From contig CM082587.2 of NCBI GenBank assembly GCA_040954595.2, positions 3,604,275 through 3,668,274 of the forward strand: DNA of 64,000 nucleotides, in the 5' to 3' direction. Origin of the DNA: Balanoglossus misakiensis. Its lineage: Eukaryota; Animalia; Hemichordata. Position 1 is the first letter of the stretch, and the number at the start of each line of letters is the position of its first letter. A program made the translations under genes and the position numbers. The notes under the pieces were generated by a model that worked only from the letters and a program-made list of their open reading frames with translations, was not told the origin of the DNA and made no database searches. This document shows positions 40,285-52,470 of the stretch, piece after piece.

Positions 40285-40966
40285 CTTTATCCGAGAGGGT
40301 TACCCACCGAGTGGCAACACACTTTTTTGTACGCGTATATACATGAATACACGAGTCGACTCAACTCACAGTCTTCCATTACGGTTGGTCAATTTGCATC
40401 TGAAGCCTGTCTGTGCACCTTAAATCCAATCAGTGGATGCCGGACAGTGCGCGGCTGCTCGTGTCGTACATCTTAATCAACAGGCCTCTGCCTGCTAATC
40501 AAGCCTCTTTCCCCCTGACTGGGTATTTCTGGGCCATAAACCGCGCCGATTTAACGCTGCCTTCCTTAAAGAACGCCTTGCCTTGTTGCCCCGGCCGCTC
40601 GTCTGCATTACTTTACGCGCCACGCGCCAGGTCTCTAAATGATGGATTGTCGTGTCGCACCACGGCTAAGCCACTCCAGATCGACGGAATCTCTGTTCTG
40701 CAGTAACGAGTCAAGAGCCATCAGCTTTCCGTTTCACTTCATAATGAAATGATACCATCTCCACGTTTCTTTCATTAGGAGGTGCACCGACTCTGTATTT
40801 ATATGTTCCCTAAAGGTTTATCTAGTCGGTGAGCTACTCACAATGTTCATTGGATAAGTTCGACTGGGAGTAAAAGCTTAATTTTATTCAATACAGAACC
40901 TATTTGGGGGCACAAGCGCCCTCAGGCGGCTTGTGCCCCCATTGTTATTGTTGGAATATTTCTTCT

Positions 40967-42171
40967 TTATTACGGGCCCAAGCCAAGCCAGGCTTGGGCC
41001 CGTATTGGTTTCGTTGGGGTTTTTCTTTCTTTCTTTATTCTTATGTCAATTCTTTGCTCTCCTAGATCTCTGAAACGGCTACAGGTACACTTCTCAAACT
41101 TGCTACAGTGGTCAAGGTCAATGAGTAGATGTGCAGTGGCTTGTGAATATTTAATTAGTCACGTGACCTGGCGGCCATATTGGATTTTCTGAAAATCTTT
41201 AAATGGCTTCTTCTCAAAAACCACAGGGCCAATCAAGTTCAAATTTGGTGTATGGTACACATGTCCTCTGCCCTTCAAAGTTTGACAATAAAATCCTGAG
41301 CGGTCACGTGACTTTGGCCGCCATATTGGATTTTCGAAAAAGTACAGTAAAATCTTCAAAAATCTTCTTCTCCAGAACCGGCAATAACCGAGTCATGGGA
41401 TTTAGGGCATGACATCACCTAACTGATGTCTATCAAGTTTGCGAAGAGCGTGATTGGTCGAAGATTATGGCGGCCATATTGGATTTTGTTAAAACCAGTG
41501 AAAATTAAGAAATCATTTTTCTAGTCTAAAAATAGATAGCATACAAATTCTTTTTATGGATATGAGTCGTCATATGACTAAAATATGTTGCAAATATTTT
41601 GGCAATTTTTACATGACCTTTGACCTACTTTTTTAAGAACCTGCATATATGCATATATAGCTCATACTACGTGTTCTAAATGTACCAGAATTCTGATTTT
41701 TGTGCACATTGGTATCACCCCTGCCAGGACCTACCCCAAATATTTTGGTAATTTTGGCAATGACCTTTGACCTACTTTTGACACATAATTTTTTCTGCAT
41801 ATCTAATTCCAGGCTAACCTATAGGGCTATCATTATGGTTTTTGATGTATGTGGATTTTTATGTGATCAAAAAATTTCGCTACTTATCATGACCCCTTTG
41901 ACCTCTGCTGACCTCATTAAATATGCGCATACCTAATTACAGATGAACCAATAGACCTAGAGGTTTGGTTTTTGTTGGACATGGACCAGTATTGGGTCAA
42001 AATTTTCTGCCCAAATTTTGGGCGACCTGCTTAACACTATATCAGCACCAAACATAGATATAACCTTGATATGTCATGGGATAAAACACAGCATTATGTT
42101 TCTACTCATTAATTATGTGCAGATCAGATAATAGAGCTTGGGCCCGGACAATGCTGCTTGCAGCTTTAATT
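40967..42171 (+). mobile_element. Non-autonomous Helentron-type element (HINE), inner element B nested in the microsatellite of element A
   Basis: 14-bp hairpin TACGGGCCCAAGCC (40971-40984) / GGCTTGGGCCCGTA (40991-41004); (CTTT)n tract; 3' subTIR GCTTGGGCCCG (42136-42146); the same terminal hairpin GCTGCTTGCAGC (42153-42164) + TTTAATT. Internal sequence is homologous to element A (e.g. 41116-41187 vs 42262-42330). Confidence 0.8.
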
Positions 42172-42903
42172 CTTCTTCTTCTTCTTCTTCCCCAAAATTC
42201 GGCCAGGTAGATCTGGAAAACCGCAGCACCTAGGGGGCTGAAACTTCATAGGGTGATAGGGGCCAATGAGTAGACGTGCAGTGGCTCGTGAATATTTAAT
42301 TAGTCACGTGACCTGGCGGCCATATTGGATTTCCTGAAAATCGTTAAACGAGTCCTTCTCAAAAACTACTGGGCCGATCGAGTTCAAATTTGGTGTGCAG
42401 GTAGCCTACCTTCCGTCCATCATTTTACCCAATTGAAATCATGACGTCACACATACCGTTTTTTTTGCTACAATTGTTTTTCTGAAAAACTACTTAAAAC
42501 TTTAAAAATCTTCTTCTCCAGAACCAGCGATTGCCGAGTCACGGGATTCGGGGTATGTGGTCACCTAACCTATGTCTATCAAGTTTGCGAAGCGCACTGT
42601 GATTGGTCGATCATTATGGCGGCCATGTTGGATTTTCGGAAAACCATTGAAAAATGAAAATTCCGTTTTGTAGCCAAAATGTTGACAGCACGGAAATTCT
42701 TTTTTTGGATATGAGTCATCATATGACCGGAAGTTGTCACAATTTTTCGGGGCAATTTTCACATGACCTTTGACCCAGTTTTAAAACAACTAATTATATA
42801 TGCATATTCCCCATACCTCCTCTTGTCAAAGCACCACAGTCATGAATTTTGTGGACATGGGTACCAATGCTGCCAGGACATGACACAAATATTTTTGTAA
42901 TTT

Positions 42904-43242
42904 TGGCAATGACCCTTGACCTATTTCTGAAACATCATTTTTCTGCATATCTAATTCCAGGCTAACCAATAGGGCTAGAGGTCTGGTTTTAGTTGGACAT
43001 GGCCCACTCTGGGCTCAAAATTTTATGCCCAAATTTTGGGTGACCTTGGATGACCTTTGATCTACTTTCCCATGGCAATGACCCTTGACCTATTTCTGAA
43101 ACATCATTTTTCTGCATATCTAATTCCAGGCTAACCAATAGGGCTAGAGGTCTGGTTTTAGTTGGACATGGCCCACTCTGGGGTCAAAATTTTATGCCCA
43201 AATTTTGGGTGACCTTGGATGACCTTTGATCTACTTTCCCAT
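42904..43242 (+). repeat. Near-perfect 2 x 169-bp tandem duplication inside HINE A (third diverged copy ~43335-43462)
   Basis: Unit TGGCAATGACCCTTGACCTATTTCTGAAAC...CTACTTTCCCA starts at 42904 and 43073; one substitution noticed. Confidence 0.9.
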
Positions 43243-46200
43243 ATCTCAGCATCCACAGCAGTTAGAGTCCTGGCTTTTGGGGGGCCGATGGAGCACATAT
43301 GGAGTCTTACACAAGACCTCATTAATTATGTGCATACCTAATTGCAGGCGAACCAATAGGGCTAGGGGTCTGGTTTTTTGTTGGATCTAGACTAGTATGG
43401 GGTCCAATATTTTTGCCCAAATTTGGGGTGACCTCAGGTGACCTTTGACCTACTTTCCCATATCTTGGTATCCCCAGCAGATACAGCCGTGGCATTTGCA
43501 GGTCACCATGGGAACCGCTTGTGCCCCGCCAACGCTGCTTGCAGCTTTAATTTCTCTTGTTTTCGTTTAAGGGAGCTCAGGCCTGATCTTAGGTTCTGCA
43601 ATATGACTTCAGCTCACACAGAAAAGAAAAAGAAAACCGTGATCAACTTTTCGGGGAAACATTAAAAACGCCTGGATATAAAAAATACAGCGTGTACTTA
43701 TTTGACCCAGGCGGGCGTGTATGCTGGAACCTCAACAAATTAACCTCGTTTGCAATGTTTACTTGTTCGGGGTTCAATTGTCAGTGCAAACTAATTGACA
43801 GCAAGGCCATTAGTTACTGGGGTTATTTACTTTGAAACGTTCGTGATCTCCTTAATGTAACCAATCAAAACAATAAAGCACAGAGTAGGTAAATCTTTCA
43901 CAGATCATAGTGACTATCCGCCCCTTCCACCTGAGATGGTAATGGATGTACCCAGACCAGTCCCAGTTCTGCAAAATGACGACTGCGCATGGGCACGTGG
44001 TTTGTCGCAAGGAACGATAAAAAGTGGCCAAAACATTTTAGAAGCCCTTTAAGGAAGAAAACACCACCTCATCCGAAACTAACCCACGCAGAACTTTCGT
44101 TTGATGTACCCTCGGATCTGTGTCAGTCTTGTAATGGAAACTCATAAAAGTGGATGACATTATAGAATTGCATAGCAGTCCAGAGTGAATAGGAATTGAT
44201 GTCTGGTAATTTGGCTTTTTCAAATTGCTGCTAGACTGGAACGTTCGTTCAAACCGTAGACAACCTTAATATCCTGTCTTTTCAAAGATATATGACCCGT
44301 TACTTTTATAGTAATACTAACTTATCTAATTGATCACCACGGCTGCGTTTCTTGTAATGTAACATGGCCAGGCGGATGAATAAATTGCAGATCTAGACGA
44401 CCTCAATTCTGGTCATAACAAAAGTCGACAGCGAAGTGTCGGGAGACACTGTAAGTTGTGTGGGGAATCTGTCGACTGTGTCAAAATGTATCGACCGTCA
44501 GTTACATAATAACACAAGAAGAAAAGGCAAAACTACGTCACATCATGTTTGACAAAGTCCACCATTATTTTTTCAGATTTTGGTGACGAATATGGCGCAA
44601 AGCCGTTGTTGGAGTGAGCACGTGCGGCGCGATGGATACGAAACATGCGCATGCGTATTTATCCATATGTGTCAAAGAGGTTCAGTTGGAACATTATTAA
44701 CCCAAATACCAGAACAGTGTCTATCGAGCGAGAACCCGTGTAACGTTAATCTGTGTGCCACATTAAACCGCCATTAGGTTGTAATCAATTGACGGTGAAT
44801 CGATTTCTGTCGGATTAATGTCTTTGATGGAGGCGACATCGCCTCGAGTTGACAATGGGTCCTATCGGCCTAGTTTTACAGTGCCACAGGACGCAGCGTG
44901 CATCCTGATCAGTGCGAAAACAAACTTCGTAGTTTACATTATGTACCACTGAGGGTTCTAAATTGTTCTTTGGCCGGTAACAGTTACCTTGAAATAAGAT
45001 TATTTCGATGGAAGCATGTCTAGAAAACCGTCCAGCAAGCTAAACGCTATAAAGATACGAGAAAGTCTAATTAACACGATCAATCAGCAATGTTTTTATG
45101 TAAATAGCATCCTTGCATTCAACAGTAATATGAAAATGAAAATGTAAGGAGATACCATCGAAATAAGCAAGTGCGTTAGCTATTAATTTTCACATAAAAT
45201 CATTTTTCCCGCTGATGTCTATGGTCTCTTCTGACTTCGAACTCCCCAAATATTTAAATGGTGATGATAATGATTCGATGGTTTTGATGAATACACATGT
45301 ATCTCCAACCAAGACACGCGGGGGAATTCGGAGCGTGTAAAGCGGGATCAAGTGTTTTTTTTTGCTAACAATGCAGTAACGTCTTCGTATCTATACTTGG
45401 CTCATCAGACACCGTATGAAGTGGTTGATTCCTCCGGGTGGAAGCCGAGAGAGTCTCCGTCGACTTCGCTCTCGATATTCTCGATTTACTCGGCAGCCTC
45501 GACTCAAGACAGAGTAAGAACTCTCCGCGAAGCAAAGGTTGGCCCCCAGCCCACACACCAGGGACAGCGGGGCGATCGATACTGCCTTTTTGCAGAAATC
45601 GATTTAGTCTGGCGTCAGAAATACGTTGCTATCAGATGTGACCCGATCTCGGCTGAACCCACAGTTTTTTAACACCGAACGAAATGTCAAAAGACACAGC
45701 ACAGAAGGCAATCTAACGTGCCAACGCTGCCGTGTCATGTTTTATATCATCAGTTCATATTTTTTATCGTTTATTTATTTATGTAAAATGGTGAATCTTT
45801 TGCTTCATGTCTTATCCAAACCCTGACATATTCGTTGCAAAATGGAGTTAAACAAATATGCGGCTTTTTGTCATTTCAATCCCATCTTTAGGCCGGAGAC
45901 ATGCAGTATGAATAGCGGGATAAACCAGGAGTATTTTAGTAAGGCCTGCATCTTTCTGTCATAGTCTTACTGATACGTGACATCGTTTTGTATTTAATTG
46001 CGTGGTTCTTGCCGGTATGGGAGCGTCTGGATAGCTTGGTTTGCAATTCAACGAGTGTTTGATGTGTTATTCAAAAGCTGATAGCTGAGTACTACGTTCT
46101 ATAAATAGCCGGGATGCAGATTTTTTAAATGTCTGTTTGGTGTGGGCAAAAGATTGCATTTTAATCTGCCTTTCGTCGCGAGGAATATGAGTAAGCTGAA

Positions 46201-49200
46201 ATGATGGGGTCGGAGATATACAGATACTGGGCCTTCAGCAGAAAGATGATATCATTTGAAATGCTCCATATATTATCAACAGACTTGTGAATAAAGGAAG
46301 AGGATGGGTGAACTGTTTCACAAATCAATTATGAATGTTATGATGAACTTCACTACGTCACAATGACAACCGACGGCACCATGGCCAATGGAAAGGTCGC
46401 GGTCGCGGACATGATCACCTGGTTGTATTCAATCTGGCCGTGGTGGCGTCATTTAATCACATGTTAACTCGGCGACAAATTTTCTCGATCAGTACGTACA
46501 ACGTATTCTTTTTCACACATACAAACATGCAGTAGCCAACTACATGTATGTTCATGATCGTTTTCACTGGAAAATGAGTCATAGCAACTTCCATTCGAGT
46601 TGGAACGTGATTCGTTTTCAAAAATGCAATAAATGTAAGAATTTGCCAATACCTTGAATTTAGCGAGAAAGTAACTTAACTTCATCTCCCTCAGTGGATG
46701 CTGATTTTATTTTGACGAGGTAATACTTCATCTGAAAGCTGGACGTCATGTAATTATAGTAAAAGTGCGACCAACTTTCCAAGTCTACTTAAAACACTTC
46801 AAACTGCTTGCCATTAAGTATTCGCAAAAAGCTTGTCTAATATACCATACTAATAAGTGATAAATATATTTCCAGCAATATAAATCTTGAATACGTTTAA
46901 CTGTCAGAAACACGTGATCTGAATTCCAAAATGGCGGCCATTCTTCACGTTTCACTCACGAGACATGCACTGAGCTGAGGTAAGGCATTTTCAAGAAAAT
47001 CGAACTGCTCCTCGCGACTACGGGTGTAAATTCAATCCGCTAGCGCCGTGAACACGTCGGCAAAAAATTACCGTTCGCTTGCGTCACAGCAGGGGCGCTC
47101 AGTAATGAAATACGCATTTGGATAATGTAATTTCAACAATGCGCTATTATGAGAGAGAGTCGTTTCGTTCTTATTATCAGCACAAAACATGCCATCATCC
47201 ACAAGCAGTAGTATTACGTGGCCTGCGTGAGGTTTAGCCTACGTCTGCAAGACACTGGACGCCAGTCGTCAGTTATAAAAACAGACAACGTTTCTGGATG
47301 GCGTCATGATTTTTTTTTGTTTAATGTTTACTAATGCTGGTCCGTAGTGGATTTAAGAAAAGACGAAATCACTCCGTTTGCTTAGCAGCACGGAGTTGTA
47401 CACGGTGCGGAGGTCAAACCGTTCTTTCTTTGTTATCACAGTGAACGGATCAGCTCAATTGTAATACAAATTGTCACACCTGTGATGCATGTGTCTGTGG
47501 CCAAGCCCCTATTTAGCTTTCACTTTCACATTACCAGCCGCACGTGGCGCTCTAACATTAGCAACAGCTTGTGTGTGACAACTGCAGTGGCGCGCCAGCG
47601 AACGATGCATGATTGGACAAAGTCAATGTTACGTAGCACTTAAACGAAAGCTGCATATTTTCTTTAAGGAAAGCATGAGTGGCGCTCTTCTACGAGACGC
47701 TGCGTGTTTACACTCAAGCTTCCATACACGGGTTGACTTAACCCCAGATAATATCTGAAACTGTTGTCGAAATGATTTTTAAATTTTAATGGAAACACCG
47801 AGGTCACACGAACGTGCAAATTTAAAGAAAGTATGTCGTTGAATGTAAGGCCCAAGACTATGTTAAAACCAAACTGCTCGAGTACATTTTGTCGTTCAGT
47901 CAAATTTCCTTCATTTTATCGCTGTACAAGGATAACTATTTCCGGCCAATGATGGCGACGACTAGTAATATAGTGATTACTTCCTCTAGCTCATGCAATT
48001 CAAAATAGTCATTGCTTCTTAATGCACGTTTTCTCGTTTTTTTCTATTTAATCGCACAGTGCAGTGAACCCTACGGTTTGAGAGCGCCCTCGAGAATCAT
48101 TTTACAAATAAACGAACGAAAGTCTCCTATTCCCAATGCAGGCGCTGTTGACTTGTTTTTATCGGTCATGAAGAAATGGTCCGCGGAGTAGCTGTGATGT
48201 ATAACGTATGTATATATTATGTTACATGTCACTCGTTGTCGAATCCATATAATGAGGCAGTTATCTATATCAAATCGAGAGCAGCAATTTTGGCGTTTCC
48301 TGTTCTTTGTTCGAAGCCTTCCTTGCAGAAGAAAGCATAATTGATGGTTGTGACATATTTCGATGGCAAATCTCCCTTAATAGTTCTAATAAGCGTTGTA
48401 ACGAGAGTTATTTTGGGCATATTTAGAAGTTAATATCTGCAATATCTTAACACCTGAGTTGTATCGTAATGACGTCACGATTATTATTTTTTGTCGCCGC
48501 GGTTCATTAAGCGGCAATGCATTGTGATGGCTTTGAAATTGGACCGTTCAAAATATAATCGTGTGTGTCCTTCGTCATCTGTCACGGCGACTTTTACCCT
48601 CGCGGCTCATGGCAGCACATCAAATTTAAGATTCGAACGGAAAAACAACTTGAAAGACGGGAGGAAAGAATGCTGTTAATGGGGAGGATGTGAAATAGGC
48701 CGGATGAGGCCCAGGCCGTTCAAAGGAATGATTCTTCGTCGTTTGGACGTCTGTTGTGTGAACGAACGTTCTCTCGCAAGGTCGCGAACTGACTTAAAAC
48801 ACACACAATGATTGATGCTGCCAATTAGGTGCGAATCTTCGCCCCTTTCACGGTTGACGTCGCCCAGCATCTGTGCCTCATTCAAGGCACGAGCCAAGAG
48901 AAGAGAAAAATGGTGAATTATTACAGCGGGCGATAATAAGTCGCTGCGTTCCGGTGCCCACAGGCGCTGAGACATGCCACACCGCGTCTTGGCGTTTGAT
49001 CAAATCCAGGCTGCGGAGAGAGAGCGACCGAGGCCGTTGACTGACTTCGAAGCCTATGGAGAGGTCACAAGTTTACTTGTCGAATCGAAAATTTATTCGT
49101 GATCACCTGGGGGCATGATAAACAAGCGATAAGATGTCGTCGTCCTTTTTTCCTTACGTTTCGAACATAACTTCTTGAATGTTACGGCACCAGGTATTAT

Positions 49201-51619
49201 ATCAAGAAGGGCAGGACTTCTCGTTGGAAACATGTAAGAACCGGTTTGAAGGGCCGTTGAGAAAATTTGAAGGTCGGTACAGACAGGAAGTAGCAAATGA
49301 AAGTGGCGCGAAAAACGGAATCTGTTTGCAAAGAAGTAAAGTCGAAACATTCAACAGGTAACTTTGATGTGAAATTTAAAACAAATCGCAGTGGTGTGCG
49401 TGCCAACAAGACGAAATCTGCAGCCGCTTTCAGGTCGAACTTGAAATTGCATTCGCGCAGGTCTCTCAAACCCCGGCTTTCGGTATAAAAATCATCCTTC
49501 TCTGCACAAAGGAGGCTTCAAATCCAAACACCGGGCAAACTTTAAGGTTTCGGTGCGATTGCCATGACATGCGCGGCGGCAAACCGACCGAACACAATCG
49601 AACCGCCCGTGGCGCTCACGGTACCTTTGATGACGCGCAGCTATTGTGCGCAAGCGCCTCTGTTGGCATGGTACGCCGCTGGATGAGATTACAGTGACTC
49701 ATTCCAAGCGAAAAGAATGAGTACAATTTGATCCATTCTCGGACTCTCGGAATTAAGGCAACGGGTGTCTTTTTTCATACGCATCTGTGGATTTGGACTA
49801 ACCGGCTCCCAGCGGCAATGCATTGTACACCCTCAAAATTAATCAGTGAACGTATTTTTGCGTTAATAACAATTAGAATGCCGAGATAAGACTGCCAGTA
49901 CAGTACACTGTATATACCAGTGACGATGGTTTAATTGATGGTTACTCTAAAAAGTCTAGTCAAACATGAATTGACCTCCTGACCGAGTACTTGCGATAAC
50001 TATCAAGTGTGCTTATACAACCCCCGTTACAAAGTTGCTTCATCGTCGAGATCGCGGCAAACGTGGAGGCTGACGGATCCTGACGTCAACGGCAGTAATC
50101 ATTTTCTCGAGCCATTGTTTATCCTGTGTGTTATCAAACGCGCTATCGGACGAGGAATGGCACAGCGCGGTAGACACAATAAGCAACGGTGATATTCATC
50201 CCACAGTTCTTCATTGACGTAAAAGAACGCATCAATCTGTATACGAGTGCCACTAACAGCCGAGCGTCGGCGGAAAGCTCAGTCGTGATATAAAATTTAT
50301 GATCCCCCCGTATATGTTACGGCCTACGTCAAAAGTTCAACGAAATATATAAGGGCATGAGAACTTGTTAGGAGCTCTGTACTCCCACACACAATCCGAT
50401 ATACAATATAACTTCTCGATTAATTGCAAGCCCGTCATTCTAAAAACCTCTCATGGCAATGTTATCTACAGCATTGAACGTCACCTGAAAGGAAAGTAGA
50501 ATGCCAACTCAGAGATCTTTAACTTTCCAGCACGAGTTATAGACCCACCACTAATGCCACAATTGCAGGTGATACGTTCTCCCTTTGTTGCTAAATGTCA
50601 CGATAATTACACTCCTTAATACGGTAGGGGACTACCCAGAGGCACAGCACGGTTATCAAAACCCACACTTCCGTAAATTTAGGACTACAAGAAAACACTA
50701 TAATAACCGTAGTATCGTCATTCTGTTGACATTCTAAAGGGGAACGAAGGAGGAGCTTTGTCCACTTATATAAGGCAAAACTTATGCTATGTCACAGTGC
50801 TAATACTGAGAACTGTTCAGATATTTCTACCATAGAAAAACTATAGTATAAGAAGTGCTGACTCAGCACAGACCAGGTGCAAACTGAGGGAGCTCTCCCC
50901 GTAAGAGAAGAGTAGGCCCTCCCTCGTCAATGCAAACATATAGAGGCCGAGACGGCAAACGACGCCATTCAAATTCTGCAGGGGATGTTCGGTTTGTTGT
51001 CTAAGATTACGGCGTAATTCTAAACTCCACACAGACTAACTCCCCTGCGTAAACACTGCCAGTTGTCGATTAGTGAAGCAATAGAATCGCGGCCGTTGAT
51101 ACATCGGTCTTACAAAACAGTCAATTTAGGGGGAGCGAGATTACATCTTCTGAAGTCTAAAAGCTAACCATTTTAACACAAAGAAGCGGTGCTGTGTTTA
51201 TGGGACGTGACTGGATACCCCTGCATATTAAACCATTGCCGCGTGTCCCTCTTTCCCGCGCGGATTATTTACCGGTAATCGGTCCCAACGTTTTCCCTCG
51301 AACCGGGATTTTAAATGCACTCTCAGTAAGTTAACACATTTCTGAGTGCCCGCACCCGAGCAACTTGCTCTCTTATCTTTCGCGCGACGGTCAGTAATAG
51401 TCTATTTATCTAGTGCACCTTTTTAAATTGATGGAGCAATGCCTTCTGTTCGTCCCATCTGAACCGTGCCGAATGAAATCGCCATAACTGGGCAAAGTAC
51501 AAGGAAGCTTACACGTTGCTCGAAAACAATTTATTTCCCTGCCAATCAAATTATTCGCTTCCATGATTAATAATTATACTTTAACCAGATTTTGCGCAAA
51601 GAGGTCCATTCAACACAGG

Positions 51620-51633
51620 GTTGCCATGGTGAC
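51620..51633. promoter_or_regulatory. RFX X-box-like palindrome
   Basis: GTTGCCATGGTGAC. Confidence 0.4.
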
Positions 51634-51969
51634 TCACACCTCACAGATTGGGATTAAAGAAGACGCCACATTTTTCCAACGGCGTTTTTTTCATGATCGA
51701 ACTCTAAGATTCAATAAATTAGACGATTCTCTTCACCGACCCTCAGCCAATCTTCCCAAATTTACCATCCACATTCACAGGTAATCAATTTTACGCATTG
51801 ATGATAAAGACGGAATTCCGGCATCTGGGAAAGAGAAAACCCGGATTGTACAGGGGAATGCGGATTTCTGGAGTTAGGATTGCGGTACTGAACATTCGAT
51901 GCTGGCGGTCAGATAAATTCAACATGAGGATTTATAATTCATGAATATATCTCCTCTTGCCCAATTTAG

Positions 51970-52470
51970 GCAATTGGATGCAGCGCTTATGGATCTCGCT
52001 CTACAGAAACGCCTGACCGCTCGACAGGCAGATGTGGGGCGGGAGAGCTAGGCCACCGAAGTCGTTGACCGGAAACGTGCGCCCTCGCAGGCAACCACAT
52101 CCAGTCAACATGGCGGCCCCCAGTACATCCAACTCTCGGGCAGCCAGCGCAGCCAGGGCGAAGGTCGACCTCGAACGGGTACAACAGGCAAATCATGGAG
52201 ACGTTGGACTGGACTCGCTGCTACGGGCAGTAAATGTCGACGCGGGACCACTGAAGAATGACCTGACCCTGCCAAAGAAGATACCTCAACGCACGGACTT
52301 AGCCTAGAGCCCCACGTGTACATGTGCACGTGTACATGTACCTGAAACCGGCGTCCATGGCAGGTAAGAAATTTTATGACATTGTTGACTATGTGCCAAG
52401 CTCTCTCCAGGCGAAGGTCGAGCAACAAATGCTGGCCGTTGGAGCGGGGGAAAACAAACTGTTTTTTGAA
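51970..52470 (+). mobile_element. Degraded fragment resembling the gag-like ORF1 of DIRS/Ngaro tyrosine-recombinase retrotransposons
   Basis: Frameshifted pieces ...HGDVGLDSLLRAV...PQRTDL / EPHVY / LKPASMAGKKFYDIVDYVPSSLQAKVEQQMLAVGAGENKLFF recall the 'DLDPxVYL...YDIVDFV...EEQVL..G...L' pattern I associate with invertebrate DIRS ORF1. It contains stops and frameshifts. Recognition is from memory, not a search. Confidence 0.5.

Larger units (their letters stand above)
40903..43553 (+). mobile_element. Non-autonomous Helentron-type element (HINE/DINE-like), outer element A
   Basis: 5' subterminal repeat GGGGCACAAGCG (40907-40918) folds back on a nearby inverted copy (40929-40940). A (CTT)n microsatellite follows. 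3' inverted subTIR CGCTTGTGCCCC (43516-43527), terminal hairpin GCTGC-TT-GCAGC (43534-43545), T-rich ends, no TSD, no ORF. Confidence 0.8.
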
